This document shows positions 23,711 to 36,800 of a stretch of DNA of 64,000 nt, piece by piece. The notes beneath the pieces are model-generated. The model saw only the letters and a program-made list of their open reading frames with translations, was not told where the DNA came from and made no database searches. Both the position numbers and the translations under genes were made by a program. Numbering within the stretch: the first letter of the stretch is position 1; each line of letters begins with the position of its first letter. Source of the DNA: Clostridia bacterium (GTDB lineage: Bacteria; Bacillota; Clostridia; Christensenellales; CAG-1252); NCBI GenBank assembly GCA_017394805.1, contig JAFPXC010000028.1:7917-71916 (forward strand). Reading direction: 5' to 3'.

Positions 23711-24739
23711 CTATTCGGCGGGAGTGGCCTCTTGGGCGGCCTCGGCGTTGGCGGTCGCGGCCTTGACCTTGATGGTGGCGTAGTAATTGGCGTTGTACTT
23801 GGTCATATCGCAAGAGTCGGCGTCGTAGTAGTAGGCCGTATCGAAGTTGATGGTGCTGGTGATAACGCTGCTGCTCCACTTATCCACGCTGAGGAAGCGC
23901 TTGAAGAAGCCGTTGTCCCAAATCTCGATGGTCTCGGTAATGGACGTATATTTGGCGTTGTTCATACCCGAATTCTTGCGAAGACTGGGCAACAAGTAGC
24001 GCGCGGCACCCGTAGACGTGGGATCGAGGTCGAAGACGATGGTGTAGTAACCTTCCTCGTCGTTGTGGGTAAGCGTGGCGCATCGGATAGTCTTGAGGTT
24101 GACGACGGCCTCGGTGACGCAATAGGCCTGCTTCTGCGAAGCGTGGAAGCAAAGACGCGCGGTGTCTACCGTGAGTTCACCCTCGGTATCGCCGAAAGAG
24201 GCGGTGCCGTTCCAATCCGCGTCGATTTTGCTGTCGCCGATCTCCACGTAGTAGGCCTTGGCAAGCCCCAAACGCGCGTAGGTGGCCTTGGCGTGGCCGT
24301 CCACCGTGATGCCGAACTTCTTAACGTCGGGCTGGAAGTCGTATTTGAGATACTCCTCCCCGTTCTTGAGGTCTACGACCAAATTCTTGGCGTCAACGCC
24401 CACCGTGGAAACGAGGTTCTGCGTGAGGGCCAAACGCATGAGGCAATTTTGGTCGTTGGCGTTGGCGATCTTGAACAACTCCAACGCCTCGGCCTTGACG
24501 GCCTCCGCATAAGCGTCGTCGCTGTCGTAAGCCGAGCGAGCGGGCAAAGTGACGTCCACCTTCTCGGCATACGTCTCCTCGTTGATGACGACGTAAGACT
24601 CGGAAGCCTCGGCCGCTTGGAAATCCGCATCCTTCTCGGCCGCCACTTCCTGCGTGGAGAGCGCCTGCTCAGATTTGCAACCGACGAAAACGCACAGTAG
24701 GCTGACTATCAATAGCGATATAAACAATTTCTTTTTCAT
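23711..24739 (-). CDS. hypothetical lipoprotein, last gene of the giant-gene locus
   Basis: Start at ATG 24739 (MKKKLFISLLIVSLLCVFVGC…) 8 nt after GGAGG; the track start is a GTG abutting the SD. Its lipobox VFVGC matches the one in giant B. 342 aa with no recognised domain. Confidence 0.7.
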   Translation of the reverse strand: MKKKLFISLLIVSLLCVFVGCKSEQALSTQEVAAEKDADFQAAEASESYVVINEETYAEKVDVTLPARSAYDSDDAYAEAVKAEALELFKIANANDQNCLMRLALTQNLVSTVGVDAKNLVVDLKNGEEYLKYDFQPDVKKFGITVDGHAKATYARLGLAKAYYVEIGDSKIDADWNGTASFGDTEGELTVDTARLCFHASQKQAYCVTEAVVNLKTIRCATLTHNDEEGYYTIVFDLDPTSTGAARYLLPSLRKNSGMNNAKYTSITETIEIWDNGFFKRFLSVDKWSSSVITSTINFDTAYYYDADSCDMTKYNANYYATIKVKAATANAEAAQEATPAE

Positions 24740-24827
24740 TCGTTTCACCTCCGCTCGGAGGCGGTCATACCCGCCGCCGAGCGATTGATTTCGTTGCGTA
24801 CACCCATAGTATACTATATGCCGACGA

Positions 24828-27800
24828 TTATGTCAAATCACCGTCGTCCGTATCGTCGGGAGTGCCGTCGGCACCGTCGGCGGGAGCATCCTCGGCGGGT
24901 GCGTCCTCGGCGGGTGCGGCGTCCTCGGCGAACACGTCCTCGGCAGAGCCTTCTGCGGACGGCGACGTGGTGGCGAACACGTCCTCGTAGTGCATATCAC
25001 GCTGCGCACGGGCGAAGAGACGACGGCGCTTGTAGAGAAGCGTGCCCACGACGCCCGCGGCGACCAATGCAAGGAAGCCCACGATGGCGATGGCCAAAGG
25101 TACGGGATTGTCGGCTAAGGCCTGCCCCAACACGCTCCAGAAGCCCTCGCGCACGTTGACTTCGTCCGTCAAAGCGCGGTTGTAGGACACCAGTACCTTC
25201 TCGCCATCCTCGTCCGTCTGCTGGACGAAGAGAATGGGATCGGCCGAGGTCTCGCGGTAGGTGACCCACGCGGCGCCGTCGTTGACGTAGGAGCTGAGGT
25301 TGTAGGTGGCGTTCGCGGCGTCGTAGGCCGTGAAGCTGAAACTAACGGCGTAGTTGTCGTTGAGGGTGACGCGCTGTCCCGAGCGCACGCCCGACACCGA
25401 AGTCTCGGAGAAGTAGCCCTCGATGGGCTCGCCCGACACCTCGACGGTGCCGTCCTCATTGCGCACGAAGTGCGAATAGGCGGCGACCGTGAAGGACATC
25501 GTAGGCTCGGTCTTGGCCGAATCCGAAGCGAAGCGCACGTCGGTGATGACGATGGCTATCTCGTCGATGCGGAAGTAGGAATCGGCGGTGAGCGTGATGG
25601 TGACGTTGCTGTCCGCCGAATAGGGCATATAGTAGTTGGCGCCCGAACCCGAAGCCATAATGGTGCCGGCGGGCAAAGAGGCGATGCTACGCGCGACGAT
25701 GGCGAAATGCTGACGCAACCACTCGGAACGCTCTAAGTCGGTGGTGAGGTCGGCCTCTTCGTAAGCGGCGGCCATATATTCGGGCAAATCGCCGCCGACA
25801 AGCGCGAAGTTCCAACGCATCGTGTTGTCACCGAAGGAAATGAAGCCGTCGTCGTCCGCGGTGAAGGCGCCCTCCTCGTCGTAGGTGCCCGCCGAAACGG
25901 TCATGGCGACCGCGACGCGGGAAATGACGTACTTGGCGCCGACGACCGTGCCGATGACGTAGTTGTCCAGCAAGCCCGCGTCGCCCTTGACGTCGTAGAG
26001 GGTGAGGTCGGCCGGCTCGTAGAAGTAGGTGCCGGCGGCGGCGGTGAGCCCGTCGCACACGTAACGACCTACGCGAACGGCCAGACGTTTGCCGTCACCG
26101 TTGGCCCAACCCGTGACCTCGATGGACGCGCCCGTGAGATTGTCGGTCATGTCGTAGACGCGATTGACGTCGACGGCGGAAACCGTAAGAGAGGCGCGAA
26201 TGATCTCGTAGGACCTGCTCTTCTCTTCCAACACGAAGTCCAAAGACTGATTGACGAGCGCAGCGGACACGTTCTTGAACTGCACGGAAAGAGTGGCGTT
26301 GTCGTAGCGGCCTACGGGCAAAGCGTCGGAGCCGAAGTAGCCGACCGTGATGAGAATGGACGCGTCGAATTTCTTGGACACGTCGAAAGCACTCATGATG
26401 CGCGCCTTGACCGAATCGCTGAGGTTGGTGGAGAAAGGCATCTCCTGCAAAGCGTCGCTGCCGTAGTTGAACACGCCGTTGCCCGTGCGCTGCACGACGA
26501 CCGTGCGGCGGGTGATGGCGTAGCGGAAGTCGGCGCCGTTGTAGGCCTCCAACACGTAGTTGGACGTGACGTCCTTGCCGTCCTTGTCCACGACGGAAGC
26601 CGTGATGGCGTAGGTGCCCACGGCCTCGCCCTTCTCACGCGTGAAGCGCAGTTTGTCGCCGTTCATCAGAGCCTTGCCGACCGAGCGGCCGCTGATGACC
26701 GTATCTTCCGACCCGAAGGGTTTGGAAACGTCCGAAGTGACGTTGTAGACGATATGGCGCGCCGTGATGGTGAGCACACCGTCCGCAGTGAGCACGTATT
26801 CCTTTTGATTGTTGCCGTTGATGACCATGGTGGCCGAAGCGTCGGCGAGGATGAAGTTGCGGTTGTCGGCCGTGAAGCGGTACTGCACGCCCGCCTTGAC
26901 CGCGTGACCGTCGGCATCTACCTTGATGGGTGCGGTGGCGAAGGACATATTGGCACCGCCCACGACGGCGTACTCGGGTACTAAGGTCATGGCGAACCAA
27001 TCGGCCGCGTCCAGATTGGTGTACACCTTGGCCGCCGCGAGCGCCGCGCGCTCTTCCTCGGTGAAGTAGGTGACGGCACCCGCCGCACGAACGGTGTAGT
27101 TGAGCGCGGTGAGGGTATCGCCGTACTGCAGATCCATATCGTTGAGGACTACCGTGGCGGGAGAAGGCTTGACCGTGAAGGTGGCCTTGTTCTCGCTGAT
27201 CTTGGGCTCGTAGTTGACCAAGACGTCCTTGATGACCTCGATGGAATAGGAGCCGACCGAACGAATGGTGTAGCTGTACTTGACGTCGCCCGAATCGGTG
27301 ACCGTGGTGCGGTCGCCGACCACGCGCAACAACTTGGTATTGCTGCCGAGAAGTTCGCTGTCGGCACCATAAATGGTGCCACTCCACTCGAAGCTAAGGT
27401 ACTCGTAGATGTCGAAGGGCACGAAGTCACCCGAATCGGTGCGCGTGCCGAACTGGTCGAGATAGAAGACGCTGACGTCCGAAACGACCAGCTCGAGATC
27501 CTGCTTGCTGATAATGCCGACGTACAAGTTGTCCGTGCGGACGTAGCCCGTGGCCGTCTCGGCGTACATATACAAGGCGCCCTCGGGCAAGACGTAGTCG
27601 TCGTTGAACAAGACGGTGCCGTTGAGTACGTTGGAATCCACGTAACTGCCTTCCTTGACGCGGAGATACCAAGTGCCCGCGTTAGACATGGCTTCGCCCG
27701 TGGCAAGGTCGAAATACTCCAGCGTGACGCTATTTTTGATGGAATACTGCCTGCGGCAGCCCTTGGCGACGTCGTCGGCGGAGAAACCGCCCAACTCGGC

Positions 27801-30800
27801 GAACTCGATGCGGGCGTTGGCGTTGCCGTCGTACTTCTTGACGCTCACGCGCAAATTCTCGAAATACAAGGGGCGCGGCGTGATCTGGAAGGACAGGCCG
27901 TCCGAACGACCGACCAAGGTGCCGTCGTGGTAGACGTTGAAGCGAATGACGTAGCCGCCCGCGTGGTAGGGCGTGTCGAAGTCGGACATAACGTTGCTGT
28001 CGGGAGTGTCCTGACGATTGTAGGTAAAGTCGGCGTCCGACCGGATGACGTCCATGACGGCCGAAGACGGCTTGAGATAGTCGTCGATCTCGGCGAGCGT
28101 CTTGTCACCATAGGTGACCTCGCTCCACTCGGACTCGATGAGAATGAAGCGGGCCGTGATGGTGATGCTGCCCGTGTCGATGAGGCGATCCACGTTGATG
28201 GCCAACTTGGTGTAGGTGCTGTGGGCAAGGTCGATGGCGGGCAAAGCCTCGTCGGCGTAGGAGAAGCCCGCGAAGAGGTAGCCCTGCACGACCTTCTTGA
28301 ACTCGACCGTGGGCTCTGTGTAGGCAAAGCCCAACCAATAGGGCGTGCCGGGCGTGACGTGGGCGTCCGTGACCAACTCGGCGGGAGCGCCGTCAACGTC
28401 GACGTACACGGTGTAGCAATAGAAGAACTTGGCCTTGACGTCGGCGGTTTCGCCTACGGCGAAGACCACGTCGTTCATACTGTTGGCATCGTCCACGTCG
28501 TAGTCCGTGCCGCCCATCTCGTAGTAGCGCAAACTGTACTCGGCGGTATTGCGCGCGACGAAGGCGAAATGCTCCGTGCCCCCGACCGTGCGCTTGTCTA
28601 CGCGGACGTAGCCCGCACCCTCGCCCTGATCGACGACGGTGAGCATACGCACGGTGCCGTCGGGATGCAAGAGCACCTTGTCGGTGTAGTTGACCAAAAC
28701 GCACTCCTCTACCGTAGCGCCCGCGGGAGAAGCAAACCAAGTGAGAGCGGGATCGGCAAGATAGCCGCGCTCCACCTCAACGGCCAAGTGACGGACCGAG
28801 CCGCCCGAAGCAAGCTCGACCACGCCCGTGGAAACGCCATCCGAGAAGAGGTTGGCATTCTCCTTGACGACCACCGAGAAGAAGGCGCCGTCCAACGTGC
28901 CCGCGTAGTCGGTGAAGGGCACGAACGAGGCGTCCGCCACTACGTCGGCGGCCAACGTGAAGGAAGGCGTGACGTTGCCGGTGAGGCGCATAGCCAAAGC
29001 GGCGTGCGACCACTCGGCGGAAGACGAGAGCACCTTGTCGGCGAAGAAGGCCTCGACACGAGCGGACGTGCCCGTCAATGCGAAGGCGGCGTCCGTGTGA
29101 TTGGCGGTATCGTAATAGCCGAGGAAGTGCAAGCGTCCCTCGCGGTCGTCGGCCGTGACGGACATACCCGTGACGTCCGAACCCGTGCGGCTGAAGGAGA
29201 CGGTGAGGTCGCCCTTGTCGTAGAGCATGACGTTGAGCCCCGCGGGAAGCGCCGCGTAGTCCGCCGTGAGGTCGGCGGGCGCACGCATATCGCCCTCGAC
29301 GAGCAGCCAGACGTTGTCGTAAACGCCCGTGACGTCCAAGCGGGCGTCCTCGGAAGCCTTGACCGCTACGTTGATGTACTCGGGGCGGTTGGTAAGCCCT
29401 GCGGGAATGCGGGTGAGCACGAAGTCGGTGACCGAATCGGCCACGACGAACACGACGTTGTAGATATGGCTGTTTTCGCCGCTACGCGCGGTGAGTACGG
29501 ACAACGCCACGGGGGCGTTGACGAACACGGTGTGCCCGTTGCCGTCCAACTTGAAGGCGTCGGTCATAACGGGCGTGGACGCGTAGACGTGGATATCCGC
29601 GGACAAAGTGACCTCGCTGGTATATCCGTGCGCGGTGGCCATGGCGAAGTAGGCGTACTCGTCGTCCGTGGCGACCTCGGAAGTGCCCTCGACCGAATAG
29701 TAGTCGGCGGTGGCGACGGAGGAAACCAACGTGTCGTAGGCCTCGTTGAAGAGCACCTTACCCGCCTTGTCGCGCCACAGGAGGAAGTACTCGGAAGAAG
29801 TGGGCGAAGCGGTGAAGGAAACGTCGGTGACGTCCACCGACAACGTGACGTTGGGACCGAGGCGCACGGTCTTGACGCCGGCCGTCGCTTCGGGCGTGCC
29901 CGAGGAAGCGACCAACCAGCAGTTGGTAAGACGCGCGGACACGGAAGAGGCGAAGCGCGCCGAAGCCGCCGAAGAGACGACAACCACGTTGCGGAACTCG
30001 CCCGAAGCAAGCGTGGCCAAGCCCTCTTGGGAGGACGTGGCGACCTTGGCATTCTTCAACGTGCCGTTGAAGACGGTGAACAAGGGCGCGGTGAGCGTGA
30101 GCACGTGACCATTGCCCTCGATGACGCCCGCGAAATAGGTGGGATCGTCCGCGCCGACCGTGGCGGAGCCGATGGACGCGCCCGTGTAGGCGACGTCGGA
30201 CTCCACGGTGAAGGAAAGCCCCGCGAAGTCGTACCCCTTATTGACGGCCTCGGCCAAACCCGCGACGTCGGTAGACGTGCGAATGGTCTTGGAGAGATAG
30301 CGGGAGACGTAGGAAGACGTGCCCGAAAGATCCAAAGCCTCGGTCTTGAAGTGCGTGGCACCGTCCAACGTGTACCAACCGACGAAATACAAGTCGTCCG
30401 AATTGCCCGCGACGGCCTGCATGAAGCGGTCGCCCATGCGGAAGGTGGTGGGCACGTCGGTCTCGACAATGAGCCCTACTCTGTCCGCCTTGTGACAAGC
30501 GGGATCGGGAGATACGACGTAGACGTATTGATAGGTGAGGTTGGACGTGGCCTGCAAGTTGCCGTAAGCACCCTGCCGTCTGACGACCACGCGCGTGAGG
30601 CGCGCGGACGCGCCGGCGGCGAACAGATATTTGTCGCCCGTGAGATCGGTGGCGTCGATGACGATATTTTGGATAAGCGAAGCACCCAACGCACCGAACG
30701 CCTGATCGACGTCGCCCACTACCGTGAGGGTGTGGAACGCGCCGTCAAGTACGCCCGTGAAGGAAGCGAAGCGGGCAAGACCTTCGGCCTCGACGGAGAT

Positions 30801-33800
30801 GTCCGCAACCAAGGTGAAGGTGGTGTCGCTATCGACGGCGTAGGCCATGTTGAGAAGCCCCAACAGATCCTCGAAGTCGGAACCGGTGGCGATATCGGTG
30901 GAAAGGAACTCCGCCGTGAAGGACATCGTATTGTTGTTGTTGACGGCCGTGATGACGTTGAAACGCAGCCGATTGGACTCCCCGTCTACGTTCTTGAGCA
31001 TCTTGTGGAAGTCGCTGTAGCCCGCGAACGTGGTGGCCGCGCCCAAGGAACGCGCCGTGAAGTACAAAGCGCCGTTCTCACGCTCTACGTCCAAAGTGCC
31101 GTTGCCGTTGACGACGATGACGCCGTAGCGGTTGGTGGAATTGACGGAAGAAGCGGACATACGCTCGCGCGAGACGATCCATATCTCACCGTTGGCCTGC
31201 AAAGGCGTGCCGCCCACGTAGGTGGGATGGCTGAGGGTGACGCCGTCCGCGGTGTAGACCACGACGTCGCGCAACGCGCCGTTGTTGGTGTGCGCAATGC
31301 CCGCCGCCCGGTCGGCGCTCATATCCGCGAAATACTCCACGACCACGCCGTTGACCGTGCCCGACATGACGCCGAAGAGGGAACGCTCGGCCTTGAACGT
31401 GACGGCCTCGGTGAACGTGATGCGGTGCATATCGCCCTGGAAGACGGCGGAGAACGCCGCGCCCGAAGAGGCGCCAATCGCATAGTAGTCGCCGTCCACC
31501 GTGACGTCGTCCGTCATGGTGTAGGTACCTCTGATATCCTGCCCGTTCTCGCGAAGGGCGCGGGCGATGGCTTTGAGTTCGGTCTGGTCGCCGACGGTGT
31601 TGCGAATCTCGCTACGGACGTGCACGCCCGTCATAGAGGCGTGGGACGTGAGGCGCAAGCGCCCGCCGTTGTAGGCGATGAAGTCGTCCAAACGGACGGT
31701 CTTGTACGCGGTATCCGCATCGGCGTAGACGGTAAGGCCCGCGTTGGCGTCGATGGCGGCCTCGAAGTAGATGCGACCGTCCCGACGAACCTCGGCGGGA
31801 TCGTTGTGGATCAATGCCGCCGTGCCGACCGTCATATTGTTGACGGCGGGAGAACGGGAATCGAGCGCATCGTTGCGGTTGAATACCCACACGTTGGCCG
31901 CCGTGCCGTAGTTGCCGGTATTGGCAACCGCGCTGTCGGCGTTGGCGGTAAGGACGCTACCCACCGCGAAGTCGATGAGAATGGCCGCGAGGTTGTTGTT
32001 GTTGGTGCCCACGACACCGCCCGCGGCGTTGTCGGAGACCATGCTGACCTTGTTCCAAGCGACGTAACCGTTCTTGATAAAGCCCGTGTTGCTGCCCGCG
32101 ACGCCGCCCGCATAGGCTTGCACCGCCGAGCGGGACTCGATAAAGGCGGAATCGATGCTGACGTAGACGTTGCTAATCTCGATGGCGTTGTTGCCCGCCA
32201 CGCCGCCTACGTAGGAAGTGCCCGAAGTGCCCGCGTTGGACGCCGCGTACATGGCGCGGAAGCCGCCTGCGGGTTGATAGATATACGCGTCGATGGACGA
32301 AACCGTGCCGCGGTTGTTGCCGACTACGCCGCCCACGTACTCGTTGGAGGTGGCGTTGGCCGAAGTGGTCTCGGCCTGCAAAGCCGCGTAGGACGTGACC
32401 GTGACGGAGGTGATGGTGCCGAAGTTCTCACCCGCGACACCGCCGACCTTGGCCGCGATAAGACGGGTGGGAACGTCCATAACCGTGAGCCCCGTGGCGG
32501 TGGGCGCACAGCCCAAGTAGACGTGGCAATTCTCCACCGTGCCGTTGTTGTGGCACACCAACGCGCCCAAAACCTGCGTGGTGCCCGCCACGCCGTAGGT
32601 GCCGCTCTCCACCACCAAGGTGAGGTTGCGAATGACCGCGTCCTGACCGGTGTAGCCGAACAGACCGACGTACGCGCCGCCGTAGACGTTGTTGTCGCCG
32701 TTGACGACGGTGATGGTGTAGCCGTTGCCCTCGAAGACGTGCTTGAACGCGTTGACCGACTCGCCCAAGGCGGTGCCGATGGTCAACTCCCTGAACAAGG
32801 GAGAAGAGGCCACGTCGATGGTGAGGTCGTCGTTGAGGGTGAAGGTCAAGCCCGTGGAGAACAAGCCCGCGTTGACCGTGGTGGCCATGGCGACCAAGTC
32901 CTCTACCGTGTTGATCTGGGTGTTGATGAAGATGACGTTGACCGTATAACCCGTGATGTTGCGGTTGGGACGGAAACTGACGTCGTCCACGCCGCCTACG
33001 TCGTCGGGCACCTGAATACCCGTGCTGACGTACCAGCCGTCCAACGCCGCGCCCGTAAGAGGCGTGAGGTCACGGAAGATGATGTTGTCCGAGCCGTCCA
33101 GATAGGCGTCGATGAAACCGCTGCCGTTGATCTGGAGCACGTTGACCGACGAGCCGTTGCCGATGGCGGTGACGGTGGGCGGGACGGGAACGACCAACCA
33201 GCAGTTGGGCGCGGAACCTTGGAGATTGCCGATAAAGTGGCCGCTGTAGGCCCTGTTGGGCGTGCCCGTATAGCCGACGGTGCCCTCGGACAAGAGGACG
33301 CTGTTGGCCAAAGTGGCCAAGGAACGACCGGCTAGACCGCCTACCTCGACGCTACCGCCCGAAGCGGTGACGCTGCCCGTAGAAGAGACGCGCACGGTGA
33401 CGCGGTTGATGGTGGCGCGATTGCGCGATTCACCCACGGCGCCGCCCGCGAACAAGGTCTCGGATGAAAGGGAATTGACCACCTTGACGGAGCCGTCCAG
33501 CAAGACGGACGACAAGGTCAACGTGGAGCGCGTGACACTCTCGTACCCCTCGTACCAAGGCGACAAGGTGGCGTAGGCAACGGGATTGCGGCGCCAATCG
33601 TCGAATTGGTCGGAAGTGCTGCCCATGACCATACCCTCGTTTTGACCGACCAGGCCGCCCACCGAATAGGTGGCGTTGAGGGTGGCGCGGGGGCTTATAT
33701 AGACGATACAGTTGCCGACCGTGCCGTAGTTGGCGCCTACGACGCCGCCTACCGTGGTGCCGTACACCGTGACGGGTTGGGCATAGCCCGCGGCGAAGCG

Positions 33801-36800
33801 GTACATACGCACCAAGGCGTTGCGCACCACGCCGTAGTTGTACTGCGCGATGACGCCCGTGACCGAGTTGTAGGTGGGCACGTCTACCGTAAGCTCAACG
33901 ATGAGATTCTCCACCACGCCGCGCATCTCGCCGAACAAGGCGACGCCCGCGTCGGTGGGTTGACCGTTGGCCGCGATGGATTGACGCGCCATGACTATCT
34001 TGTAGAAGTTGCCGTTGTAGGCGCCCTGGAAGGTGCCCATAAAGGGCGTGGCGGCCGTGCCGATGGGTTGGAACGCCACCGAAGAGACGACCACGTCGTG
34101 GCCTAAGGTGAAGGTGGTGTTCTCGAAGGTGTAGCCGCCCTCGTTGACGTCCTCGGCGATGGCGATGAGGTCGTCCTCGCTGACGATGATACGCGACATG
34201 ATAGCCACCTCGAAGCGGCTGTTGAAGATGTCGGCGGCGGCGAGATAGGCACCGTCGTCACCCGCGGTGATGCCCGTATTCAACGCCGTGACGTTGAGGG
34301 CCTGCGACAACTGGTTGTCACCCGAGAAATCGCTGTACCAACCGCGAATGGTGTAGGAATAGACCACGCCGTCCACGGTTTGGGTGTAGGTGCGGTCGTT
34401 GGCGAACTGCACGTAGTAGACGTTTTCTTCCTTGCGGAAGGTCGCCGCCAAGCGTCCCATGCCGATGACGCGCATGACGTTGATGGTGCTGTCGTTAGCG
34501 GACGCGACCCAACCGAAATAGGGCACGGTGTTGTTGGCGGAGACGATGAGCCACGTGTTGGTGTAGTCGTTGCCGTAGTCGTAGGCGACCGAAGCGACCG
34601 CGTATCCGTATTGCAACGCGCGTGCTTTGAGCGCGGTGGCATCGATGATGACCGAATCCAAGCGGCCGTAACTGACGGCAATGGCACCGGCGTACAAGGT
34701 GTTGACCTTGCCCGCCTCTACCTCGGTGGCGGTGTAGTCGGCGCGCCCCAGCGTGCCCTGCAAATCGAACTTGACGTTGGCGATGGTGCCGTCCGCACCC
34801 AAGACGCCGAAGATACCGGCGGTTTTACCCTCGATAAGCGTGCCCTCGGCAAGCGTGACGGTGTGGCCTTTGCCGTTGAAGGTGGCCGAGAAAGGCGTGG
34901 TCTCGGTGCCGATGGCGATAAAGCCCTGCTCCACCGCCGCTTGGTCTATGACGACGTCGGACTCCAAGTAGAAGGTGAGACCGTAGAGGTCACACCCTTC
35001 GCCCACGTCCACGGACAACTCCACCAGATCCTTGGCGGTGGAGATGAACTCGTTGAGGAACGAGGCGTAGAGAACGAGCCCCGAAACCGCAGAGTCGGCA
35101 TCCGTAATGTACTCGTTGGCGTACTCGCCCGCATCGTACAGGGGCGCGTAAGGCGTGACCACGCCCTCGGGCGCGGTGTACCACATTCTGATGGGTTTGA
35201 CGGTGGCGGCCGCGTTGCGCAAGACTACGCCGACGATGGCGCCCGCCTTGACGTTGAAGCTGACGTCAACCGTGCCGTTGGCAATGACCGTGACCACGTT
35301 GACGCCGCCGTTGAAGACGCCCGAAGCCGCGAAAGGCGCGCTGAGGTCGGGATCGAGGGCAAGCGCTTTGGCCAAGTCGTCGAAGAAGGCCTGCTCCTCT
35401 AAGTTGTGCTCCACGGCGAAGCGGCTGTTGCGATTGAGCACCCACACGTTGTCGGCCTTGTTGACCGAGGCGTAGTTGGTGACCTTGCCGTTGACGTCGT
35501 AGGTCAACGCGCGGTTGACCGCTACGCGGGCCGTGCTCATATTGGCGGTGACGGAGGCCGTGCCGCCCAAGTCCACGATGATATTGCGCAACCCGGCGCC
35601 TTGGTCGACGCCCGCCAAAACGCCCGCGTATTGGGTGGCGGCGCCGCCAATGGCGGCGTTGCAGACGACGCGCAAGTTGCGGATACGCGCGGACGAGGAC
35701 AATATGCCGAAGAGGCCCGCGTACTGCTGACGGCAGGTGAGGCCTTGGGGCATGGTGATGGTGTAACCGTTGCCGTCGAAGGCGCCGATGAAGGCGACCT
35801 GCTTGTACTCACCCGATCCGACGTAGGTCTCCACCGCGCCGCCGATAGGCGTCCACTCGCCCGAAGACAAGGTGATGTCCCGAGTAAGCGTGAAGGTGAC
35901 GCCCAAATAACTGCGGTTCTGCACGTTGACGAGGTCGGCTATGTATTGGAGATCCGCTTCGGAATCCACCGTGGTCTTGATGTACAAAGCCAAGTAGACC
36001 TTGCCTACTCTGCCGTCCTCGACGGTGGCCGTCATGGAATGGGGCAGGTTGGCTTGATCCAAATCCAAATCCTTGAGTTTCTCGATAAAGCCGAAGGGAT
36101 ATTGCTCGCCGCTCGTAAGGTCGAAGGTGATCTCGGCCTTGCCCGTGCTCTCGTTGAGGCGATGCGTGTAGTTGATGAGGCCGTCGCCGCAGAGGTACAT
36201 CGTGTTGGGAAGGTCGATGGCGTACGTATCCGCGAAGGTCTCGACATATTCTTGGATGCCCGAAGGCGTGCGGCAACTGCCCAACGCCTGGTAGGCGCCG
36301 TTTTCGGGCAGGACCACCCACGTATTGGACACGTTGACGTAGTTGCCCCACAAGCCCGCGACGCCGCCGATGGCGTCCGCGTGGCTGTTGACCAACGTGG
36401 TGTTGCGATTGACGCCCACGACCACGCTCTCGAGGGTGACGGGATGGGCGGCGCTACCTTGAATATAGGCCGCGAAGAAGCCCGTGTAGATGCTCTCGCG
36501 ATAGCCGATGGACTGCGCCTCCACATTGTCGGCGCGAACGACCAAGTTGCGAATGGCGGCACCCTCGCCTACGTAGCCGAACAAGCCGCTGTAATCCGCG
36601 TTTTGCACGGTGCCTTTGAGCACCAGCGTATAGGCGTAGGAGTCGGGATTGGCGAAGGAAGTGACCGAGCCGTCCAAAGTGGCTTGGAAGGGGTGCGCCG
36701 CCGTGCCGATGGGCTGCATCTTGGACAGGTCGATGGTGAGAGAAGTGACGTTGCGCCCCAAGTCGAAGCGGAACTGACCGTCCTTGACGCCGTAGGTGTT

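Noticed and set aside
22525-24827. Genomic island integrated at the tmRNA 3' end (which would make the giant-gene locus horizontally acquired)
   Set aside because: No integrase or recombinase gene lies next to ssrA. I saw no direct repeat of the tmRNA 3' end in the window (only an inverted one). GC and codon bias of the downstream genes match the rest of the window. An island with a distal boundary off-window cannot be excluded.
27927-33335. 1,802-aa plus-strand ORF, together with 35406-37589, 39423-41363, 41505-42950 and 43137-43934, opposite giant B
   Set aside because: These are codon-aligned antisense shadows of the minus-strand gene. Their composition is dominated by R/G/D/V/H/A, they have no RBS or signal features, and the minus-strand frame carries coherent repeated domain motifs, an RBS, a signal peptide and a TM anchor.
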